From NCBI GenBank assembly GCA_050633305.1, contig JBOEGF010000018.1:736001-800000 (forward strand): a stretch of DNA of 64,000 nucleotides. The letters are read 5' to 3'. The position numbers were made by a program, and so were the translations under genes. Within the stretch, counting starts at the first letter, position 1; each line of letters begins with the position of its first letter. Source of the DNA: Nannocystales bacterium (lineage in GTDB: Bacteria > Myxococcota_A > Polyangia > Nannocystales > Nannocystaceae). Of this stretch, positions 20,485-28,557 are shown piece by piece. The notes under the pieces were generated by a model. That model was not told where the DNA came from and did no database searches. It worked only from the letters and a program-made list of their open reading frames with translations.

Positions 20485-21063
20485 ATGCTCGCGGCGGTGA
20501 ATGAGCGCAGATTGCTGATCCTCGCCGCCGTGGGGGCCTCGGTCGTCGCCTACGTGGTTTATGCGCTGCTTTCGAGGAATGTGGCTGCGCCACCGGAGTC
20601 CGAGCCGACGCGTCCCGGCGCAGGTGCGGTGGAGGCCGCGCGCGAGGAGCCCAAGGAGAAGCGTCGCCCTCGGATGCCCGCGAAGAAGGCGGTTCTTCCC
20701 GGCAAGCCGTCGGTCGCACCACCGCCAGGCGGTCCCCCGCCCCCACTGCCCATGCCGGACATCAGTCTCGATGAGGCGCGGGAAGACTACAGCGACTTGC
20801 TCGCCGAACTCGAGCGCGAGCTGCAGCGGAACAAGGACACCGGAAAGGCGCTCGCCAACAAGCATTGGGTCGAGTACTACCGCCGCGGCCACGAGGTCAT
20901 GACTCCGTTGCGTCGCTATCTCAGCATCGGCAGCGAGGAGGGCAAGACGGAGGTCGCGGGTATGGACGAGGAACTCCGCGACATCATGGGCAAGCTCCAG
21001 ACCGACCCCGCCGACCTCGAAGAGGACCGCCCGAAGCTCGAAGAAAACCCCGCCGAGCCATAG
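20485..21063 (+). CDS. Hypothetical membrane-anchored protein
   Basis: N-terminal TM (LLILAAVGASVVAYVVYALL), Pro-rich linker, helical C-domain; divergent from the HIT gene. Start approximate. Confidence 0.7.
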   Translation: MLAAVNERRLLILAAVGASVVAYVVYALLSRNVAAPPESEPTRPGAGAVEAAREEPKEKRRPRMPAKKAVLPGKPSVAPPPGGPPPPLPMPDISLDEAREDYSDLLAELERELQRNKDTGKALANKHWVEYYRRGHEVMTPLRRYLSIGSEEGKTEVAGMDEELRDIMGKLQTDPADLEEDRPKLEENPAEP

Positions 21064-21075
21064 GCGCAGACGCCA

Positions 21076-21546
21076 CAAGCCCGCCCAACCGCGACGCCAC
21101 GCAGTCGTTTGCGGGCACCGGAGTCGCAAACGCGACGAGCAACCCCAACCGAGCGCGATGCCGCGCAGTCGTTTTGCGGCCGCCGGAGTCGCAAACGCGA
21201 CGAGCAAACCCACCCAAGCGCGACGGAGCGCAGTCGTTTTTGCGGCCGCCGGAGTCGCAAACGCGACGAGCAAGCCCAACCGAGCGCGACGCAGCGCAGT
21301 CGTTTTGCGGCCGCCGGAGTCGCAAACGCGACGAGCAAACCCACCCAAGCGCGACGCAGTGCAGTCGTTTTGCGGCCGCCGGAGTCGCGAACGCGACGAG
21401 CAAGCCCACCCAAGCGCGACGCCACGCAGTCGTTTTGCGGGCGCCGGAGTCGCGAACGCGACGAGCAAGCCCACCCAAGCGCGACGCCACGCAGTCGTTT
21501 TGCGGCCGCCGGAGTCGCGAACGCGACGAGCAAGCCCAACCGGGCG
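21076..21546. repeat. Tandem array of about 7.2 copies of a 65-bp palindromic unit
   Basis: Units start at 21076, 21140, 21205, 21271, 21336, 21401, 21466 and 21531 (partial); approximate consensus CAAGCCCACCCAAGCGCGACGCCACGCAGTCGTTTTGCGGCCGCCGGAGTCGCRAACGCGACGAG. Confidence 0.95.
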
Positions 21547-21560
21547 CCCACCAGGGGGTG

Positions 21561-21697
21561 AAGCGAAGGGGGCTACGCCCCCGCAGCGAGGGGGACTGTG
21601 AAGTCCCCCTCTAAAAACAACTGCGAGAAGCGAAGGGGGCTACGCCCCCGCAGCGAGGGGGACTGTGAAGTCCCCCTCTAAAACCACTGCGAGAAGC
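21561..21697. repeat. Two copies (67-bp period) of a double-hairpin REP-like element
   Basis: AAGCGAAGGGGGCTACGCCCCCGCAGCGAGGGGGACTGTGAAGTCCCCCTCTAAAA at 21561 and 21628. Confidence 0.9.
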
Positions 21698-22361
21698 CGA
21701 CCGCGATGCTCGTGGAGAGCGTGGTGTCTCGATACCGCCAGCTCGCGGACGTCGCGTCCGCCTGCGCACCGGGATCTGCGAGCGGACGGGCGAGGTTCCA
21801 GCGCTGGTCGAGCCCGAGCTTGGCGTCGAACGAGATCGTCTCCGTCACGAACACGTGGGTCCCGAAGCCTACGCCGAGCATCGGGTACCAAGTTCGGGGT
21901 CCAACCGCACGGACGCCATCGTCCGCGGCCCGCAAGGTGTTGGAGCGTCCCGCGCCAACGCGGACGTAGGCAAACGGCCGGACATTGCGGTCTCGTGCGA
22001 AGAACACCTGCGCGAACGGGCTGAAGCCGCCGCGGATGGTGATCTCTTCGCCTCGGGGCTCCACCGCCCAGTCGAATCGACCGCCGATCGCGAGCCACTC
22101 GCTGAGCGCGAAACTGGCAGAAAGACCGCCTGGGATGCGGCGGTAGCCGAAGACGCCCGCCTCCTGGTCACGCAGCCAGAGCTCGCCCTGGGCCTGCGGC
22201 GTCAGCACCGTCCCTTGGATGTAGGCGGCTTCCAGGTCAAAGGCGATGCGACCGCGGTTCGCGACATCACCGGACCCCGGCATGGGCGAGGGCTTGGCTT
22301 CGGCGACTGCGGGGCTCACGAGGAGCGTACATCCGACGACCCAACCCCAACCACCACGCAT
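21678..22361 (-). CDS. Outer-membrane beta-barrel protein
   Basis: Signal peptide ending AVAEA, alternating beta strands, C-terminal VGFSQWF. Confidence 0.75.
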   Translation of the reverse strand: MRGGWGWVVGCTLLVSPAVAEAKPSPMPGSGDVANRGRIAFDLEAAYIQGTVLTPQAQGELWLRDQEAGVFGYRRIPGGLSASFALSEWLAIGGRFDWAVEPRGEEITIRGGFSPFAQVFFARDRNVRPFAYVRVGAGRSNTLRAADDGVRAVGPRTWYPMLGVGFGTHVFVTETISFDAKLGLDQRWNLARPLADPGAQADATSASWRYRDTTLSTSIAVGFSQWF

Positions 22362-22455
22362 GCCCCAATCATAGCGCCACAAGCCGGCGGTAGGGGCGGC
22401 AAGCGTGCATCTCGCGTTCAACACGCGTCCCGAACGCGCTATCACTGCGCAACGC

Positions 22456-24681
22456 ATGAGTGAGATCGACGGATCCTTCTCCGGAGAGACGCTGGATCAA
22501 GCGTTCCTGCAGATGTTTCGAGCGGCGGAACCAGACCCCAGCTCGGAGGCCGGGGACCGCCTCGCTTCGGTGCTGACGCCCGAGGAAGCACTCGCGATCT
22601 TCGACGCCCAGCTGACCAGCCGACACATCGACTTTGCGGCCTTGGCGATGCGAGAGCGCGGCAAGGGCTACTACACCATCGGATCGTCGGGGCACGAGGG
22701 CAACGCCGTGGTCGCGGAGGCGCTGCGGCCGACCGACCCTGCGCTGCTGCACTACCGGTCGGGGGCGTTCTTCCTCCGCCGTGCGCAGCAGCTCGAGTAC
22801 ACCAGCGCGGCACACGACGTGTTGCTGGGTGCCGCGGCTGCTCGGGATGAGCCGATCTCGGGCGGGCGTCACAAGGTGTTCGGCAGCCGCTCCATGGCGG
22901 TGCCGCCACAGACCTCGACCATCGGTTCGCACCTGCCTAAAGCGGTCGGGATGGCGTTCCATCTCAAGCGGGCGGCACGGCTGGGTCTCAACGAGGATAT
23001 CCCGGCGCGGTCCGTCGTGATGTGCAGCTTCGGCGACGCCTCCGCCAACCACTCGACCGCAACCGGGGCATTCAACGCGGCGGGGTACATCGCCCACCAG
23101 AACATCGATCTGCCGTTGTTGTTCGTGTGCGAGGACAACCGCATCGGGATCAGCGTTCGCACGGCGCCCGGCTGGATCTCCCGGCGGTTCGGAGCCAAGC
23201 CGTACCTCAAGTACTTTCAGGCGGACGGCTGCGACTTGATCGATGCGCTTCGCACCGCCCGAGAAGCCGCCGACTTCGTTCGGAACTCCCGCAAGCCGGC
23301 GTTCCTCCACCTCGACGTGGTTCGGCTGTTCGGCCACGCAGGCTCTGACGTGGCGCTTGCGTATCGAACCGTCGAAGAGCTTCGCGCTGAGCTCGCCCGC
23401 GACCCGGTCGCGAGCACGGCCAGGTTGCTGCTCGATGCAGGGATCCTGCACCGAGATGAGTTACTCGAGCGCTACGAAGCGAAACGTGCCGAGGTGGCGG
23501 CGCTGGCCGAAGACTCGATGGCGCGCGAGGGGCTACGGGATGCCGAGGAGGTCATGCGACCGATCAGCCCACGTACGCCTGAAAAGGTCTCGGTCGAGCT
23601 CGGTCGAGCGGTTGAACCTGACGTGCGGCGGGAGTTTTGGGGCGCCCGGTTGCCCGAAGAGGGGGGGCCGCTCGCGCTCTCCGGCCACATCAACCGCGCC
23701 TTGGGCGATGCGCTCGTGAAGTACCCCGAGGTTGCGATGTTCGGTGAAGACGTCGCGAAGAAAGGGGGCGTGTACGGGGTGACCCGCGGTCTGCTCAAGC
23801 GGGCAGGAGGGGTTCGTGTCTACGACACGTTGCTGGATGAGCAGACCATCCTCGGACTCGCGATCGGGGCCGCACAGGTCGGCTGCATTCCGATCCCCGA
23901 GATCCAGTACCTCGCGTACTTGCACACGGCCGAAGACCAACTCCGCGGCGAGGCGGCGTCGCTCCAGTTCTTCAGCCAGGCTCAGTTTCGCAACCCGATG
24001 GTCGTCCGGATCGCGGGTTACGCGTACCAAGCCGGTTTCGGCGGGCACTTTCACAACGACAACTCGATCGCGTTGTTCCGAGACATCCCGGGCATCATCA
24101 TCGCCTCTCCCAGCAACGGTCCCGACGCAGCCGCGATGATGCGGACGTGTCTTGCGTCGGCAAGGGTCGACGGTTCGGTGTCGGTCTTCCTCGAGCCCAT
24201 CGCCCTGTACCACACCCGCGATCTCCACGAAGAGGGCGACGGCCTGTACGCGGCGCCGTACGATCCGAATGGCACCGAAGTCCCCCTGGGCGTTGGCAAG
24301 ACGTATGGCGAGGGAGAGGACCTCACGCTGGTGAGCTTTGCGAATGGGGTCCGCATGTCTCGGAGAGTCATGCGGAAGCTGGAGGCGCAAGGGATCCGGG
24401 CCCGGGTCCTGGACCTCCGTTGGATCGCCCCGCTGCCCGCCGAGGATCTTCTTCGGGAGGCGATGGCAACCGGGCGGGTGCTCGTGGTCGACGAGACGCG
24501 CCGCAGCGGCGGTGTCTCCGAGGGCGTGTTCGCGTCACTCATCGACAATGGCTTCAAGGGCTCGATGTCCCGTGTCGCGGCGGAGGACACGTTCATTCCG
24601 CTCGGCCCGGCCGCGGACCTGGTGCTCGTCACCGAGGACGACATTGAGGCCGCCGCGCTCGAGCTGATGTCGCGCGGCTGA
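22456..24681 (+). CDS. 2-oxoacid (2-oxoisovalerate-type) dehydrogenase E1, fused alpha/beta
   Basis: YYTIGSSGHEG, LHYRSG, FGDASANH (ThDP), FGEDVAKKGGVYGVT, DTLLDEQ, EIQYLAY, GGHFHN, VVDE. Confidence 0.92.
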   Translation: MSEIDGSFSGETLDQAFLQMFRAAEPDPSSEAGDRLASVLTPEEALAIFDAQLTSRHIDFAALAMRERGKGYYTIGSSGHEGNAVVAEALRPTDPALLHYRSGAFFLRRAQQLEYTSAAHDVLLGAAAARDEPISGGRHKVFGSRSMAVPPQTSTIGSHLPKAVGMAFHLKRAARLGLNEDIPARSVVMCSFGDASANHSTATGAFNAAGYIAHQNIDLPLLFVCEDNRIGISVRTAPGWISRRFGAKPYLKYFQADGCDLIDALRTAREAADFVRNSRKPAFLHLDVVRLFGHAGSDVALAYRTVEELRAELARDPVASTARLLLDAGILHRDELLERYEAKRAEVAALAEDSMAREGLRDAEEVMRPISPRTPEKVSVELGRAVEPDVRREFWGARLPEEGGPLALSGHINRALGDALVKYPEVAMFGEDVAKKGGVYGVTRGLLKRAGGVRVYDTLLDEQTILGLAIGAAQVGCIPIPEIQYLAYLHTAEDQLRGEAASLQFFSQAQFRNPMVVRIAGYAYQAGFGGHFHNDNSIALFRDIPGIIIASPSNGPDAAAMMRTCLASARVDGSVSVFLEPIALYHTRDLHEEGDGLYAAPYDPNGTEVPLGVGKTYGEGEDLTLVSFANGVRMSRRVMRKLEAQGIRARVLDLRWIAPLPAEDLLREAMATGRVLVVDETRRSGGVSEGVFASLIDNGFKGSMSRVAAEDTFIPLGPAADLVLVTEDDIEAAALELMSRG

Positions 24682-24736
24682 AGCGTCCGCCGTTCACGCG
24701 GTACCCGGGGGCCTGTGGCGGGCTATCCTGTCGGCT

Positions 24737-25840
24737 GTGGAGCACTCCGAGCCACAACCGGGTGCTCACGCGCCGCACGCTCCCGGTCCGTTGGAATCGC
24801 CGGCGGTGGACGTTCCGCCGGACCCTCCCGCGGGGCGATTCGCCAGGTACGGCCGTCTTTTGTGGTGGCTCCACTCGGTGTACGCGCTCGGGCTCGGCAT
24901 CGGGGTCCTGATGTTTGCCCGCAAGGGATTCGGGCACGCTCGGTGGCTCGCGATTTCGCTGGGGACGTTGTGGATCGTCCTGTTGGTGTTCTTCCGCTGG
25001 TTCGGAGGCCGGGCAGGTGCGCCGCAACAGCGCAACGCCAAGATCAAGTTCTACGTGATGACCTATGTCCTGAAGAATCTCTATCAGGGCATGTTGTTCT
25101 TCCTCTTGCCGTTCTACTGGCGCTCGGCGGTCTACGGGGCATCCAGCCAGTGGTTCGTCGTGGTGCTGGGTGTGTGCGCGCTGTTGTCCACGCTCGACGT
25201 CGTATTCGACCAAGTGTTGATGCGGTTCAAGCTCGCCGCGTCGGTCTTCTACTTCCTCACCCTGTTCTGTTGCCTGAACCTGGTCATCCCCGCCATGTTC
25301 CCCAACACGCGGAGTCTGGTCACATTGGTGGCCGCGGCGGTCATCTCCGCGCTCGCGTTTTGGACCATGCACATCCCGGTTCGGTTCCTCGGGCGTCCCG
25401 CCGTCGTCGCGCTCCTGGTCATCTGGAGCGCAGGGTCTTTGGTCGGGGCGTACTTCGGCCGATCGTATGTCCCACCGGTCGCGATGCACGTTGCTTCGGG
25501 CGCCGTCGGACCCGACCTGCTCGACGACGGTCGCCTGTCGATCGAAGCCACCCGGATGCACCACGCCTTGATCGAGGACACCTTGCACGCGGTGACCGAT
25601 GTGTCGATTCCCGGTGGCAAGGGAGACACGCTCACACACGTGTGGAGGAAGGACGGCGCGGTCGTGCATCGGTTCGAGGATGTCGATGCGGAGCCTGCTG
25701 GCGTCGTGGGGCAGGTTCGCCTGTCGTCCTCGTTGGGGCCCGACTGGTGTCCTGACGATCGGGTGGGGCAGTGGTGGGTGGACGTCGAGACGACCGACGG
25801 TCAACTCGTGGGTCGAGTCGCGTTTGAAGTCACGCCGTGA
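24737..25840 (+). CDS. Multi-pass membrane protein with C-terminal DUF2914-like domain
   Basis: About 8 TM segments including LFFLLPFY; C-terminal LTHVWRKDG..GQWWVDVETTDGQLVGRVAFEV. Confidence 0.75.
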   Translation: MEHSEPQPGAHAPHAPGPLESPAVDVPPDPPAGRFARYGRLLWWLHSVYALGLGIGVLMFARKGFGHARWLAISLGTLWIVLLVFFRWFGGRAGAPQQRNAKIKFYVMTYVLKNLYQGMLFFLLPFYWRSAVYGASSQWFVVVLGVCALLSTLDVVFDQVLMRFKLAASVFYFLTLFCCLNLVIPAMFPNTRSLVTLVAAAVISALAFWTMHIPVRFLGRPAVVALLVIWSAGSLVGAYFGRSYVPPVAMHVASGAVGPDLLDDGRLSIEATRMHHALIEDTLHAVTDVSIPGGKGDTLTHVWRKDGAVVHRFEDVDAEPAGVVGQVRLSSSLGPDWCPDDRVGQWWVDVETTDGQLVGRVAFEVTP

Positions 25841-25889
25841 TGCACGACGAAGTCACCGTGCGGACACGCGGGCTGCGTAGACTGTCTTC

Positions 25890-27008
25890 ATGATGCGTCG
25901 CTTCTCGGTCGCGTTCACGCTCCTGCTCGCGTGCGCTGCACCTGGACCCGCCGCGCCTGGGAACTCCACGAGCCCCCAGGTCGCCCCCTCTCGGCCCCGG
26001 TTGCATCCAACGGCACCGTTGAGCACGGTTGTGTTCGGTTCGTGTCTCGACCAGTCTCGGCCGCACCCGATCCTCGGAGATGTGGTCGCCGCCGACCCCG
26101 ACCTTGTCGTGTTGCTGGGCGACAACGTCTACGCAGATGCGGGCGTCGAGGCCGATCTCGAGCGCGCCTATGCGGGACTCGGGGACAGTCCGGGGTTCCG
26201 GCGGATGAGCGCGGCCGCTCCGATTCTCGCGGTGTGGGATGACCACGACTACGGCCGCAACGACGTGGGTAAGGAGTTCGAGCTCAAAGAGGCGTCGAAG
26301 CGCATCATGTTGGACTTCTTCGCCGAACCGGCGGACTCGCCACGGAGGCAACGACCGGGGAACTACGATGCGGTTGTGGTGGGGCCGCCGGGGCAGCGCG
26401 TCCAATTGCTGCTCCTGGACACGCGGTGGTTCCGCGATCCGCTTCGTGCGGGCGGGTCGAGTCGACGGTACCTCCCGCATGAAGAGTCGGGACCAACCGT
26501 CCTCGGAGAGGCGCAGTGGACATGGCTCGAGGCTCGACTGCGGGAACCGGCCGACGTTCGGTTCCTGGTGACGAGCATTCAGCTGGAAGTCGACGAGCAT
26601 CCGTTCGAAGGGTGGGGGCTGTTCCCCGCCGAGCGACGGAGGATGTTCGACCTCATCGCATCCACCGGAGCGGGCGGTGTTGTCGTGGTCAGCGGGGACC
26701 GCCACCGGGGGGAACTCTCGTGCGCGTTCGATCCAGGGATCGGTTATCCGCTCCTCGAACTCACGGCGAGCGCCCTCAACCGGCCCAACTACAACCTCGA
26801 AGACAACCGCTTCCGCCGCCCCGGGGCTCCCTTGATCGGCGACGAAAACTTCGGCCTGGTGAAGGTCGACTGGTCGCACAGAACCCTCAGCATCGGGCTT
26901 CACGGTATTGGCGGGGTTGTGCACTTCACCTCGGAGGTGTCCCTCGATGCACTTCAGCCCGGCCGCGGGATCTCCGGGGTCGCGGATTGCCATGCGCTGA
27001 ACCAATGA
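25890..27008 (+). CDS. phoD: Alkaline phosphatase D family protein
   Basis: FGSC, LLGDNVYAD, WDDHDY, LLDTR, LGEAQWTWL, SGDRH; RRF signal with LLAC. Confidence 0.9.
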   Translation: MMRRFSVAFTLLLACAAPGPAAPGNSTSPQVAPSRPRLHPTAPLSTVVFGSCLDQSRPHPILGDVVAADPDLVVLLGDNVYADAGVEADLERAYAGLGDSPGFRRMSAAAPILAVWDDHDYGRNDVGKEFELKEASKRIMLDFFAEPADSPRRQRPGNYDAVVVGPPGQRVQLLLLDTRWFRDPLRAGGSSRRYLPHEESGPTVLGEAQWTWLEARLREPADVRFLVTSIQLEVDEHPFEGWGLFPAERRRMFDLIASTGAGGVVVVSGDRHRGELSCAFDPGIGYPLLELTASALNRPNYNLEDNRFRRPGAPLIGDENFGLVKVDWSHRTLSIGLHGIGGVVHFTSEVSLDALQPGRGISGVADCHALNQ

Positions 27009-27108
27009 AAAACGCACCACGGATGCGAGCGATTGGTTCGCTGCGTCGTCGAGGTGCGCTTGCAAGTCCCAGCCTTGGACGGCGGAGGGCTTGCCCTGAC
27101 GCGGTGAA

Positions 27109-27786
27109 CTAGATGCCCGCGAGCGGGTCGCGAGAATCGCTGATGTCGACCTTCCGGCCGTCGTTCTTCTTCTTGCCCGTGTTGCGCGGTCGCTTCTTCC
27201 CACCGCCACCGCCATGGCCACTACGTTTCGGCGCCGCGGTGCCCTCGGGGATCTTCGTCCCTGGCGTCCGGTCGGCGCTCCCGCCCTTCGCTGCCTGGGG
27301 CTCTTGGGTGTCTTCGGGGACCGAGCTGGCGCCGATGACTTTCTCCTCGCCGACAGGCTCGGGCGCGGGTGCAGGTTTGGCCTGCTGAGTCATGTACCAG
27401 TACCCGCCACCACCGGCGGCGAGCAACGCCACGACCGCGACCGCCAGCAGTCCTCCGTTGCCCTTGGGCTTGAAGTCGTCATCCCCGTAGTCATCCATCG
27501 GCGCCATCACGGGCGGCGCGGCGGCTGGAGCGGCCGCGGCCGGGGCCATGACCGGAGCCGCGAAGGGGTCGTCTGGCGCAGCCGCGGGTGCTGCCGCCGC
27601 TGGTGGGGCTTCCGCTGGTGGGGTGTCACCGTCATCCGCTTCGGACTCGAGCGCCTCGTACAGCGTCGCAATCTCCTCTTGGATTTGCGGCGGAACGGGT
27701 TCACCGGCCGCTTCGTGTTGGGCCTTCTGCGCCTCGAGAGTCTCGAGTCGGGCAAGGGACTGTTCGATCCACGCCTCGTCGGTCAT
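27109..27786 (-). CDS. Hypothetical single-TM protein with low-complexity linkers
   Basis: MTDEAWIEQ helical N-terminus, PAA-rich linker, TM, C-terminal DPLAGI. Confidence 0.65.
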   Translation of the reverse strand: MTDEAWIEQSLARLETLEAQKAQHEAAGEPVPPQIQEEIATLYEALESEADDGDTPPAEAPPAAAAPAAAPDDPFAAPVMAPAAAAPAAAPPVMAPMDDYGDDDFKPKGNGGLLAVAVVALLAAGGGGYWYMTQQAKPAPAPEPVGEEKVIGASSVPEDTQEPQAAKGGSADRTPGTKIPEGTAAPKRSGHGGGGGKKRPRNTGKKKNDGRKVDISDSRDPLAGI

Positions 27787-27913
27787 TCGTCTGGGTTCCG
27801 TTCGTTGGGGGCAGTTGCACCCGTCCGGCGGAACTATACCGGACCGGCTCGGGTTCGCGCAGCCCCTGGGCGCGCGCTGGCCGAACGGCGCTGGGGTTGG
27901 TATTTCGGCACCT

Positions 27914-28396
27914 ATGGGAGAAGAGGCGGCACCTTCTGACGCAAAGCCCGAGGCGGACGCGGTCCCCGCGGCAGACGCGGACACGAGATCGTCGCCGACC
28001 GAGGCCAAGAGCCGCGGAAGTCGCTGGTGGTACCTCCTGCTCGTCGTCCTCGTGGTCGAGTTCTATGTCTACGGACGGCAAGGGGAGATCCAAGTCTGCG
28101 TGGGCAAACAGGGACAGCACGACTTCGCCCTGCTGGGTCAGGAACGCGGCGACTCCAACCGCTGGCAGTTTCCGCGATGCGAAGCCCGAGAAAACCTTGG
28201 GCTTCGCTCGAACTTCGACGAGCTTGTGGAAGACGCGACCAAGAGCGCCTGCCGCGGGCAGACGATGCTCCGAAACCGCGGCGATGGTCCGGCCTGTGTG
28301 GAGCAGGAGGACGGTTGGCAACGGCAGGTCGAGACGTCGTTTGTCCCACCGTGGGACAGTCGCTACTACGAGCACCTGTTGTGGTTCTTGTTCTAG
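27914..28396 (+). CDS. Hypothetical membrane protein
   Basis: TM WWYLLLVVLVVEFYVY, four-Cys domain, aromatic C-terminus. Confidence 0.65.
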   Translation: MGEEAAPSDAKPEADAVPAADADTRSSPTEAKSRGSRWWYLLLVVLVVEFYVYGRQGEIQVCVGKQGQHDFALLGQERGDSNRWQFPRCEARENLGLRSNFDELVEDATKSACRGQTMLRNRGDGPACVEQEDGWQRQVETSFVPPWDSRYYEHLLWFLF

Positions 28397-28557
28397 GCTC
28401 GAGCGCTCGTGTCCAAAGTGCCGGTGGACGCTGTTCGCACGTCGCAGGCGGTGGCCGGGCATGGACGAACACAGGGTTGGGCTGGAGTCCTCGACGTCGG
28501 GTGTGACATCGCTGTGGATCGACGGCCCGTCGGAGGGGTGGCATCCTGCCGCAACCC

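Noticed and set aside
21076..21546. CRISPR array
   Set aside because: The period is CRISPR-like, but the would-be spacers are near-identical to each other, and no cas gene or AT-rich leader is present.
20916..21614. Several 150-250 aa ORFs across the repeat array
   Set aside because: They arise from a stop-poor 65-bp unit cycling through frames; low-complexity Arg/Ala translations on both strands.
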